This document shows positions 43,328-54,242 of a stretch of DNA of 64,000 nt, piece after piece. How positions within the stretch are numbered: position 1 is the first letter of the stretch; each line of letters starts with the position of its first letter. The notes under the pieces are model-generated. The model saw only the letters and a list, made by a program, of their open reading frames with translations, did no database searches and was not told where the DNA came from. The stretch covers positions 186,682,001 through 186,746,000 of the forward strand of contig OZ024741.1 of the NCBI GenBank assembly GCA_964016885.1, given 5' to 3'. Position numbers and translations under genes: made by a program. The stretch comes from Eledone cirrhosa (taxonomy: Eukaryota).

Positions 43328-43655
43328 GAAATCTTGAGAAGCTAGGCTTCACAGGAACAGAAAGAACACTAGATTAGGAAATTACAAGTACAATCCATTA
43401 ATGGAACAGTAAAAATATGTAAAACATTCCAAACATTTTGCATCTAATAACTGCATATACACATGCACACATACAACTCAAAACATCCACATCCACACAT
43501 ACAATAACATCCATATCTACACATGCATGCATACATACATACCTACCTAGTTGATGTTGTGTAAATTCCAATGAGAGAGTCTTGTGTCTATGTTAGAAAC
43601 CGACTCTCTCTCTATTGGTAAAACTTTGTGAAATTATAAAACGAGAAGAACATAC
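43328..43655 (+). mobile_element. 3' fragment of a probable RLE-type non-LTR element
   Basis: Translates NLEKLGF..IRKLQVQSINGTVKICKTF before a 3' UTR; family not resolved. Confidence 0.4.
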
Positions 43656-44203
43656 ATACATACATGCATACGTACATAGTGACAAATACACAAACGCATT
43701 TTGTATAGCATATAGGCTTAAAATGTAATACATATACAAAATACGTTTGCTAACGAGACAGGTATATGCATAATCTGGGTGCAAGTACACATTGACTTAT
43801 ATACACACACTGACGTATATACACACTTATATACACACACTAGCATAGACATTCTTTGAACTATCTTGATTATAATAAGATTTTGGTCACTTCTATAATA
43901 ATAGGCTTGAATTCTGAGGGAAATGTATGTAAATCTCAAAAGTTGACATATGTAAACGCACATACCCAAACACAAGCTCAAATACATATACATATGTCTA
44001 TGTATACGTAAATAAATATACATACACACACACACTCATTCATGCATACATACTACCAACTTACGTAAATATTTACGTAAATACAGAGAGACACATACAG
44101 ACACACAGCTACACGCATACAGAGATACACGTACTACAAACACACACACAAATGTATATGTATACATATAAATAAAAATGGTCAGCTGTGTTGTTACAAT
44201 TAA

Positions 44204-44303
<100 letters not shown>

Positions 44304-44587
44304 TTATATATATACATATATATATATTCGGGCGTCAAGTATGAAATTTGTAGAAATTTGTAGACAAATAAGAAATTTCTACAAATTTCATACTTGGCGA
44401 CCCAATATATATATATATATATGTGTGTCTGTGTGTGTGTGTATTTATATGTCAATATGTATTGATACAGTCTGACTCAGCATAAAACAGATCGATAAAT
44501 TACTTGAAAGTTGTCGGATCAACGATTGATGTCAGTTGTGCTGTGGGACTGCTTTATATATAATTATATGATTGACTTTATATATAC

Positions 44588-44659
<72 letters not shown>

Positions 44660-44671
44660 GAAAATATATAT

Positions 44672-44713
<42 letters not shown>

Positions 44714-44734
44714 GAAGAGAGAGAGAGAGATGGG

Positions 44735-44778
<44 letters not shown>

Positions 44779-45797
44779 GAGAAATAGATAATTGATTGCA
44801 TGGACGTATATCATTCTGAGTGCACGCCATGGAGGTTATGCACCGGACTGCTAGTGCCACCTACCAACTATATTAAATATGGTTATCTGGAATTCCATTG
44901 GCCAATATCCACAGCTACACCTCTCTCTCTCTCTCTCTCCCTCTCACTCTCTCACTCATGTTCCCTCTCTCACTCTACTCCACCCCACTTACACTTCCCT
45001 CTACAGACAATTCCAATGACTAACTCCAATATCGATTCGCCCAGATATAATTCCAACACTATCTTATATGAATCACTTTCCTTGCTGTCCTCATTCTTAT
45101 ATTTATCAGGAATATTACAGAGTGAAATCATTCAGACAGTACTGGAGAGCGCCCACGAAAAATGGCTTCTATGTGGTCACGTGACATGTAAATGGTTCTT
45201 GGCATGTCTCTATGGTTGAAAAGTTCAGTGTTGTGTTCTATCTCAGTTCATGTCACCATGGATAGTGTTTTATAACAGGGCTTCAGATTTTAAGATGCTC
45301 TCTGAATTAAATTTGTGAGAATATAATTGTGCGTAAGATTCTCGGACATGTAAATATATATAAAACTTACACATACACACACACACACTATATGCAAATG
45401 ACCATTTCCAGTCTGTTCTATTTTTTTCTGCTATACGCAAATGAGAATCCCAAACAGGGGATCATCACATAAAATTCTACATAGAATATTGTATATTTCA
45501 TAGCAGTACATTTTCAGTGAGACACTGATGATAGATGAACAAATCCCGAAACAGTGCTCTCTGACATTCTCAAAATATACTTGTGTGATATATTCACAGA
45601 GAACAATAGCAAACAATTTTTTTTTTTTTTCGTTTTGTTTCATTACGAAAAATTATTTTTTCTTCGACTGTGTGGCTACCCATATGTTTATTATATGTCA
45701 CCATATATTTATATATGTTTATTATGTTTTCATATGCACCTCTATATTGATTAAACGCTGTCTTAGTGGTATCGCCAACTCTCTCTCCATCTCTCTC

Positions 45798-45902
<105 letters not shown>

Positions 45903-46120
45903 GATTCCTGGGTTGCGTGTTGTGTTCTTGAACAAAATACTTCATTTCATGTTGCTCCAGTATACTCAGCTGAAAATGACTACCAGCAATAACTGGAGGT
46001 TTAACCCTGCGATGTACTGGCGTCCTGTCCAGGGGGGGGGGTCTTGTACTCCCAGTCGCTTCATGCCATGAAACCGGGATAGCACCAGCCAAATGAGCCT
46101 TCTGGCTTAAGACAGTCTTT

Positions 46121-46162
<42 letters not shown>

Positions 46163-46599
46163 TTAAAAAATTAACAAAAGAGAGGACAAGAAAGACAACG
46201 AATGGAAACAAGGCAAAACAAAAAACAATTTTTTATGGGGAAACCTTAAAAAATTATTTTAAAATATCAAAATACAAACGAAGGCTACAGAACACAGGGG
46301 ACATTAACCGCTGAAGTGCTCGTCCACCCGGAGTCATAGCGTCTGACACAAGCCAAACGCTATCCAGTGCAATAAGGGACGAGAGACACACATATATATA
46401 TTAAAATATTGATTAACCCTTTAGCATTTGCATTACTTTATAATCACTATTGCATTTTCACAGTAAAGACTTTACCTCATATAATTATCTCACAATATCG
46501 AATCTATGACATTTTGAAATTTATTTTTTAATGTCAGTATGAGCGGCCGGTTACAGCTGGTTTGAACAGGGTGGATTGGCGGTTAATAACGGTGCAGAG

Positions 46600-46870
46600 C
46601 CATGAAATGGTCGATGCTGGGAATCTCCATGAGAGATTACTTTCGCGAAGATCAGGGAAAGAACCGGAGTGAAGGACGTTATCGCCGAGTAACGTCTGAA
46701 CAAACTCAGATGGGTGGGAGTTGTCGTAAGGTTCACTGATAATGGCTGAAACCCATGCGGGTGGTAACAGTCACTCGGAAAACCTCAACTCAGACAGATT
46801 GACCGTATAGAGAGAATAATGGGACTGCAATGAAAAAGGAGGATAAGATTAAGAATGGAAGGGATGAAAT
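46600..46870 (+). pseudogene. RTE-like LINE 3' fragment
   Basis: IRERTGVKDVI..KLRWVG..R..DN resembles the RTE RWxGHVxR motif. Confidence 0.5.
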
Positions 46871-46950
46871 GCTGTGACCAGCAATTCAAAGTGACATCTG
46901 GCAGTCAGACCGGTCAAGGTGATCAAAGTGACATGCACACACACACGCGG

Positions 46951-46998
<48 letters not shown>

Positions 46999-47247
46999 GC
47001 ACACACACGCACGCACACACACATACACGCACAGATATATATATTTCAAATTTAGCGATGTATGAGCACGATGACAATGCGAGTTGATTTATCGGAAAAA
47101 ACCCAATCAACTCTCAGCATACATGACATTAATTCCTTGTTTTAGATTAGCAATTAATTAATTAATAGATGTTTAAACATCTGTGAACAGTAGGCATAGT
47201 GAAATGTATTGTCGTATTTGAACGATTACAACACTCAATTATACACA

Positions 47248-48393
47248 CTACAGAAAAACCGCCCACGGGCGGTTTTCTACTACCATATGTAGTGTGCATA
47301 TTGGTATTATACGCAAATATATATGATATATAGATATATGTTAATTGAAAAGTAAAATGACCACATCTTCTTCTTCGCCCCCTTATTTCTGAGAGGGTCG
47401 TGGGTCAGAGTCCTTCTGAAACACTCCTTCCAGCGAGTCTGTCAGAAGCAAACATCTCTAACTGATCCAGCTTGATCCCAAAGTGACCAGCTAAGCTCCT
47501 GGGTGTTATACAAACATCTTGCTCAGGGTCTACCCATGGGTTTTTGCCAGTTGGTTATGCTAGTAAAATCTGTCCAGCAATTCTTGCACTTAATTCAGCC
47601 TCCTATATTCCATCACTCATGAACGTGGGTCCGAGATACTTGAACTTCTCTACCTTATTTGGTAGAACTCCATTCACATGTATGTAAATTTAAAATTTGA
47701 AACTTTTAAAAGAAGTGAATCGTGAAATAAGCAATAAAATTATTTATGTTTAATCAAGCGTTTCGAAATTTAGTACATATATTATGTAATATTCATTCAT
47801 TATTTATTCAAAGCTTTCATCCTTACGAGGTCGATAAAATAAAGTACCAGTAATGTACTGGGTAATTGCTGGCCTTGTGCCTAAAATAAAAACAATTATT
47901 TATTCAAAGGGTGGTGGATTGGCAGTATCGGTAGAGAGTCGAATGCCATGCTTTCCAGCATAGTTACGTCCCTTTACGGTCTGAGTTCAAATCCCGCCGA
48001 GGTTAACTTTGCCTTTCATCCTTACAGGGTCGATAAAATAAAGTACCAGTAATGCACTGGGTAATTGCTGGCCTTGTGCCTAAAGTAGAAACAATTATTT
48101 ATTGAAAGGGTGGTGGATTGGCAGTATCGGTAGAACATCAGACGCCATCCTTTGCAGCATAGCGTTATGGCTCTTCAAGGTCTCAGTTCAAATCCCGCCG
48201 GGGTTAACTTTACCTTTCATCCTTACGAGGTCGATAAAATGAAGCACCAATAATGTACTGGGATAATTGCTGGCCTTGTGCCAAATGTAGAAACAATTAT
48301 TTATTCAAACTAATCCAACTTATTTTACTAACGGGATAAAAAAAAAAACATAAACAGGACACTGTCCCGCACTCCTCCCTTTATTATAGTAAG

Positions 48394-48394
<1 letters not shown>
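47248..48394 (-). mobile_element. Non-autonomous Helitron (family of 22106) disrupted by a LINE fragment (about 47367-47680) and three SINEs
   Basis: Minus strand 5' TCTTACTATAATAAAG; 3' hairpin aaaaccgccc-gt-gggcggtttt then GTAG|T. Confidence 0.7.
47813..48300 (+). mobile_element. Three head-to-tail SINE family A copies separated by a repeated target sequence
   Basis: attatttatt[c/g]aaa at about 47799, 47895, 48094 and 48296. Confidence 0.9.
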
Positions 48395-48460
<66 letters not shown>

Positions 48461-48632
48461 TAAGGTTGTGAGTTCGATTCCTGGACCAGGCGATGCGTTA
48501 TGTCCTTGAGCAAGACACTTTATTTCACGTTGCTCCTTCCACCTGGAGTTGCGACCGATAGATAGTATTAGCAATTGGAAAGACCAACGGAAACATTGTT
48601 CCCTCGGTCCGATTTGACGAAAGTCGATCGTT

Positions 48633-48690
<58 letters not shown>

Positions 48691-49139
48691 TACATATATA
48701 TATATATGTACATATATATATATATATATAGGTATTTGGTTGACGGTTGAAGCAAAAGAGTACTCAATAACGAAGTTGTTTTAATATTAATCACATGGTC
48801 ATCAGATAAGATGACCTTGTGATAAACAGGTCAATCTCCAGAGCAACAAGACTCACTATTTAGCCTTAATAAAATGAATATATATATATATATATATATA
48901 CATAAAAAGGAAAGGTTCTATGTGATACCACTAATATTTCACTTATACTACTTTAAATAGTAGAAGTACTCAAGAATCCCTGCATATTCTTCCAAAGTAA
49001 CACTATGCAGTAAAGTTGCGATTTCAGAATTCATTACAAACTATATGGCTAAGGAATTAGGATCTGTGTGTACTGTCATTGAATGAGGAATTACTATATT
49101 GCTCATTCCAAGGCCTCTATATAAACAACATTCTTGATT

Positions 49140-49695
49140 TTGCAGTGGTGCAAATGACAACTGAATCTGGTCGTTATAATCCTTTTCAAGAAGCGCGTTT
49201 CCCAATTTAAGTAGATGGATGGCAAACTCACTGACACCTTCGTCATCAGTCAAGTGAACGCGCATATTGGTTGTAAGGCTCAGCCGCTGAAAGTGGGGAC
49301 AGAGATAGGATGTTTTCAAACAGGCATTGACCTGATCAGTTCGCGTCCCTCGGGAAATTACAGGCAGAGTTGTCACTCCTCCCATTATGCAAGTATTTTC
49401 TCTCAGATTCCAAGCTTACCGTTGGGTAAGTTCTTGATGTTGAAAAAGATTGTTCATGTCGTGTGAGGTCTATGGGCTGCTTAAACATGGAGTGTGCAAT
49501 TCTTCTTCCATCCAGAAGTGTTGCTGCAATGCCACCTGAAGCCACGACAAGGGCAATATGTTGCTTTTGGTGAGACGTTGCAAGTAGGAGGTTTATGAGA
49601 AATGTCTTGCCTGTGCCAGCAGAAGCATTGATGACGAAAAGTCAGCCCCTGTCATTTTGAATGTTTTCCTGACATGGCTTATAAAAGAGGCTGTT
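49140..49695 (-). pseudogene. Helitron PIF1-like helicase relic
   Basis: VASGGIAATLLDGRRIAHSMFK, LPVISRGTRTDQVNACLKTSYL, LTTNMRV, EFAIHLLKLGN; frameshifted. Confidence 0.85.
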
Positions 49696-49731
49696 TCCAT
49701 AAATGCAAACGAATCGAATATTATTATTAAA

Positions 49732-49912
49732 ATTGGCAGTATCGGTAGAGGGTCGGACGCCATGCTTTCCAGCATAGTTACGTCCCTTTACGATCTAAGT
49801 TCAAATCCTGCCGAGGTTGACTTTGCCTTTCATCCTTACGGCGTCGATAAAATAAAGTACCTGTAATGCACTGGGTGATTGCTGGCCTTGTGCCTAAAGT
49901 AGAAACAATTAT
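49732..49912 (+). mobile_element. SINE family A with TSD attattaa
   Basis: Interrupts a fragment that is contiguous at 23838-23900. Confidence 0.87.
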
Positions 49913-50350
49913 TAATATTCGAAAAACTCAGATTACATTTATTGTATTCAGCCATGTAGAGCGATAACTTTTTGTTATATATATCTGTGAGTGTGTGCGT
50001 GCGCGCGTCTGTGTGCGTGTGCGTGCGCGCGAGCGCGTGTGTGTGTGTCTTTCTGTCAGCACGCACGTTTGTGTGTGGAATCATACGTTTCTGTATCATC
50101 ACCGATGTTAACCATATGTTTATTAATATGAAGATTGTAAGATAGTTTTCCTTTTGCACTCACCTGAAATTTAGATTTCTTTAACATATACCTAGGTTTG
50201 GCGTCCGTCATAATTCTGCCGTTTGCCTCGAATGTTCAAGATATTTCAGCTATGTGGCTTTTAACATCTGATATTTTCCTTAACGAATATTTATTCACAT
50301 GAAAATACTTTGAAGCCGTCTCAAAATGTTATTTTCTTAAGAAAGATTCG

Positions 50351-50381
<31 letters not shown>

Positions 50382-50431
50382 CTTCTTCTTCTTCTTCTTC
50401 TTCTTCTTCTTCTTCTTCTTCTTCTTCTGTA

Positions 50432-50497
<66 letters not shown>

Positions 50498-50680
50498 GGG
50501 GGATTGGCAGTATCGGTAGAGGGTCGGATGCCATACTTTGACGCATAGAGTTACGACCCTTGCCATTCTGAGTTCAAATTCCACCGAGGTTAACTTTGCC
50601 TTTCATCCTTACGGGGTCGATAAAATAAAGTACCAGTAATGTACTGGCTAATTGCTGGCCTTGTGCCAAAGGTAGAAACA

Positions 50681-50685
<5 letters not shown>
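50498..50685 (+). mobile_element. SINE family A inside (TTA)n
   Basis: Consensus match; (TTA)n on both sides. Confidence 0.88.
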
Positions 50686-50716
<31 letters not shown>

Positions 50717-50937
50717 ATTGAATGGTATGGTTGACGGAGGCTCGGCTCTGTAAGGTATTGTAAATTTTGAACGCTATAACAATCGTAAATTGTTTAAAAC
50801 TTTAACTAACTTGTAGACAAAGACACCCTTCTCCTCGTGAGAGGGTTCTTTCTGCCCGTTATTTAGCCCTTCGGGGTTAAATAACTGCTTATTGGGATTT
50901 TGTGCCCAATATTTATTTTAAACAAAAAAAAAACAAC

Positions 50938-53032
50938 ATGGCTACGAAAAAGAATTTTCATAGGTCACTCCCACTCATTCCGTCTTCTTCTTCCTCAATC
51001 GTCACTACAGCAGAGAGAAGATTGTCTCCCTCCCTCCCTTCTTTAAATGTGTCTCTCTCCCTCCCTTCTCTTTCGCAAGCGACGACAGAAAAGAAAAGTC
51101 TCGTGCAAAGCGTGCAAGATTTCTCCACGACGACGACGACAACGACGAAACAGGTGTGCGGGAAATACGAAAACCCATTTCATTCGTCTGACGTCAGGAA
51201 TAATAGCAGTAGCAGCCGTAATAACAACAGCAACAGTGACAATGAAAACAACAGTAGCAGCCGCAACAGCATCAGCAGCAGCATTAGCAGCAGCAACAAC
51301 AACAACAACCACAGCAACAGCGGCGGCGGCAGTAGTCGTAGTACCTGCAGCAACAACAAAAGTAACAGCAGCTCTGACGACAACAACAACAACAATAGCA
51401 GCAAAGAAAAAACCAATCTCGTTTGCAGGTATCGCGAAGAACCTGGAAACAATCCTCATAACAAATGAGGAATTAGAGGAAGCGAAGAAGATGGTGACAA
51501 AAACCGGACACCGAGCAATCTGCAAGGCAGCTGAAAAGTTTTTCGAAACCCAACAGCACTGTACGGTCACGTACCGTACAGTAAGTACAAAATCCCGTAG
51601 GGTGGAAAGAGCCACAGAGGCTCAAATACAAAAAGCCTTGGGGTCTGTGTGGCAGTGGAAAACGCACATCACCCGAGGCAAGAAATATGCCACCGTAGAC
51701 GTACATTTTGCCACACCCCAGGAGGCAAAGGCTCAATCCGTAGTGAACCTAAGGAGCGAGGAAATGGTGTTGGTGCCCTCCTACTGCGGGCAAAAAATTG
51801 TGAGGGTCAAACTGACCCACGTCCCCCCCGGGATGGCCCCTTCTTAGCTGGCCGCGTCTGTCCTCGTCAGAATCGAGGACAAAACAACTGTACTGCAAGT
51901 ACAGAAACAAGTAAGAGAAGGTTGGGTCGGCACCTCCATTGAGATGTTAATCCAAACCAACCAGGAGTGCATCGAAGCTATCCCGGATGTGATACACTTC
52001 GATAACGGCACTCAACTGCCCATAAGTGCTGAGGGCAAACGCCCGAAATGCTTTCGCTGTGGATCGAAGACTCACCTCAGGGCCTTCTGCAACGAGAAGA
52101 CCCTGAGAAAGGAGAAAACCCCCCTCCTTCCGAAACCGGCTCCACGGCTACCAGCAACAGGACAAGCGGCAACCAAGAACGATAGGTCCGTGGCACCCAT
52201 ACCCACGCCACAGAAATCAAAAACAGCAGCAGCAGTGGAAGTATTAACAACAACAACAGCAATACCAAATGCAGCTGCAACAGAGACTCCAGTGCAAACA
52301 TCACCAACAACAACAAGTGAAAGACTGGAGCTGGTACCCCTCCCCGACCTCACAGAATCAGACATGGAGTGTGAGGTGGGAGAGGGATGGCAAAAGGTCG
52401 TAAGAAGGCACAAACGCAGAAGCAGCGCATCGTTGCCTTTGAAAAGGGAGGAAATAAATAAAAAAAGGGTAAAGTCTACTGCAAAGAGACTCACAGCAGC
52501 AACACCACCAACACCATCACCACCCACACTAGGACCACCATCACCACCGGCGACAACCCCACCGCCAACAACAACAACACCTTCAACACCACCACCACAA
52601 GCACCAACATCGCAAACACAACAACAAAACACACACACCCAGCAATAACGACAAGAAAATAGCAGAACCACACCCCACCCCCAGAAAAACAAATGCACGG
52701 CAATAAATACACACAAGAAACTAATGACTTACATAATTGAACACACAGACATTTCACAACACGACTACATAATACCAGCACCAATCAAAACGCCAACTAA
52801 CATAAGACTGCTAAAAATAGCACAGAAACAATACACAAACAATAAAACGAAATTCCCCAACGCAGTTGGTGATTTCAGAGACCTAGGAGGAACTATCAAC
52901 CGAAGAGTATATTCGGACATACTCATAGAAGAGCCGATGACCAGCCGAAGGGACGATTCAACGGTCCCTTCACCAGACGATCAAGTGAAAAGGGATGTAA
53001 AAATCATCCCTCCTCTACGAAAAGTACGGTAA
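50938..53032 (+). pseudogene. Tx1 ORF1 (gag-like, zinc knuckle) with a probable early frameshift and in-frame stops
   Basis: ORFs 51047-51847, 51944-52648 and 52724-53032 share one frame; CFRCGSKTHLRAFC; the TAG at 51845 corresponds to W in the paralog at about 62230. Confidence 0.8.
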
Positions 53033-53067
53033 GTGGTCTTTCCCATCTTTTCCACTCTATTTTAAAC

Positions 53068-53964
53068 ATGACCTCACTCAGAATAGGCAGCATAAATGCG
53101 CGTGGCTTGGGGTCGTCATGGAAGCAGGGCCACCTGCTCAACGACCTCAGGTCACTAAACATAGATGTAGTGGCCATCAGCGAGACCAGAATCTCCGAAG
53201 CACGGGCCTTCGCACCGATCTTCGGCGGCTACGATGTGTACGCATCTCCCAGCCGTCCTGGATCCGGTGGAGGAGTTGCTGTACTTTTTCGGAGAGGTTT
53301 GGATCTCGCCATACGGGCCATCTTCCTGGACCCAGAGGGTAAGCTGGTGGTGCTGGACGTGACCAGCGGAGACGGGCAAGCTTTCAGGCTAGTGGCCGTC
53401 TATGCCCCGACAGGAGCAGGGCGGCCTGATTTCTTCCGGCGTCTGGAGACCTTTCTTGGAACGTCCCGCTCTTTAGTGTTAGTGGGCGACTGGAACGGGA
53501 TCTTAGATGCACGCTGGGACTGTGTGGGATTAGCGGATAGGGGTGGAGGGTGCAAGAGCCTCACCAACCTGCTCAGGCGTTTTGAACTGTCTGACAGGTA
53601 CCGATTGGATTTCCCGAATGTGCCAATGTGGACTTGGACAAACCGCATAGGGTCATCCAGATCATATCTAGATAGAGTATTTTGTAGGATTGCCCCGCCC
53701 TCCTCCTTTAGCCGGGAAGGGCAGGCAGTTTTTATCTGTCTGGTGGCCATGGCGAAAGAGATAGTATGGTGGACACGTTTGAAAGGGCTGAAGACGAGCA
53801 CTTACCTCTTCGGTGATGCTCTGATTGACTTTTTCAAATTTCATTTGAAAAGGAAAATCAGAGTAGAGAGGGAAGTGCTCTCTTCCCAGCATTTTGTTGA
53901 AAGATGGGTGAGAGAAGCAAGAATGGCCCGAGTGAATGGGCCTACTCTGAGTATATATCTGTAA
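53068..53964 (+). CDS. Internally deleted Tx1 ORF2: truncated APE endonuclease fused in frame to the C-terminal about 90 aa; no RT
   Basis: NARGL, DVVAISET, GGVAVLF, AVYAP, GDWN and SYLDRVFC, then RIAPPSSFSR, which matches the ORF2 C-terminal region at 63973-64000. Confidence 0.8.
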   Translation: MTSLRIGSINARGLGSSWKQGHLLNDLRSLNIDVVAISETRISEARAFAPIFGGYDVYASPSRPGSGGGVAVLFRRGLDLAIRAIFLDPEGKLVVLDVTSGDGQAFRLVAVYAPTGAGRPDFFRRLETFLGTSRSLVLVGDWNGILDARWDCVGLADRGGGCKSLTNLLRRFELSDRYRLDFPNVPMWTWTNRIGSSRSYLDRVFCRIAPPSSFSREGQAVFICLVAMAKEIVWWTRLKGLKTSTYLFGDALIDFFKFHLKRKIRVEREVLSSQHFVERWVREARMARVNGPTLSIYL

Positions 53965-54196
53965 ATTAAAGGTGGAAAACTGGGAGAGGGCACTTGCCTT
54001 GGTGGTCAGGGTCATTGTGGCCTTTTACTGGGCTTTCTCCACAGATGTCCCTCCAACCCTCCCCACTATTGGGGAATTTTTCATTGTTATTTTTTGTTAC
54101 ATCCTCTGTTTTTGTTTTTTACACGCAGAAGTGCCCATTTGTCCTGCACTGTCCTTAATGTCTACTTTATGTAAACCCTTGTGGTTAATAAAGAAT

Positions 54197-54234
<38 letters not shown>

Positions 54235-54242
54235 GTTATTGT

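Larger units (their letters stand above)
50716..54200 (+). mobile_element. Tx1/L1-clade LINE with disrupted ORF1 and RT-deleted ORF2, between (TTA)n tracts
   Basis: ORF1 with CCHC knuckle, APE-containing ORF2, T-rich 3' UTR, aataaa and (TTA)n tail. Confidence 0.88.

Noticed and set aside
47254-47278. Rho-independent terminator-like hairpin (also at 22850-22872)
   Set aside because: Better explained as Helitron subterminal hairpins in eukaryotic DNA.
49140-49695. Host PIF1 helicase gene
   Set aside because: Frameshifted, internally deleted and intronless, with motifs typical of Helitron helicases.
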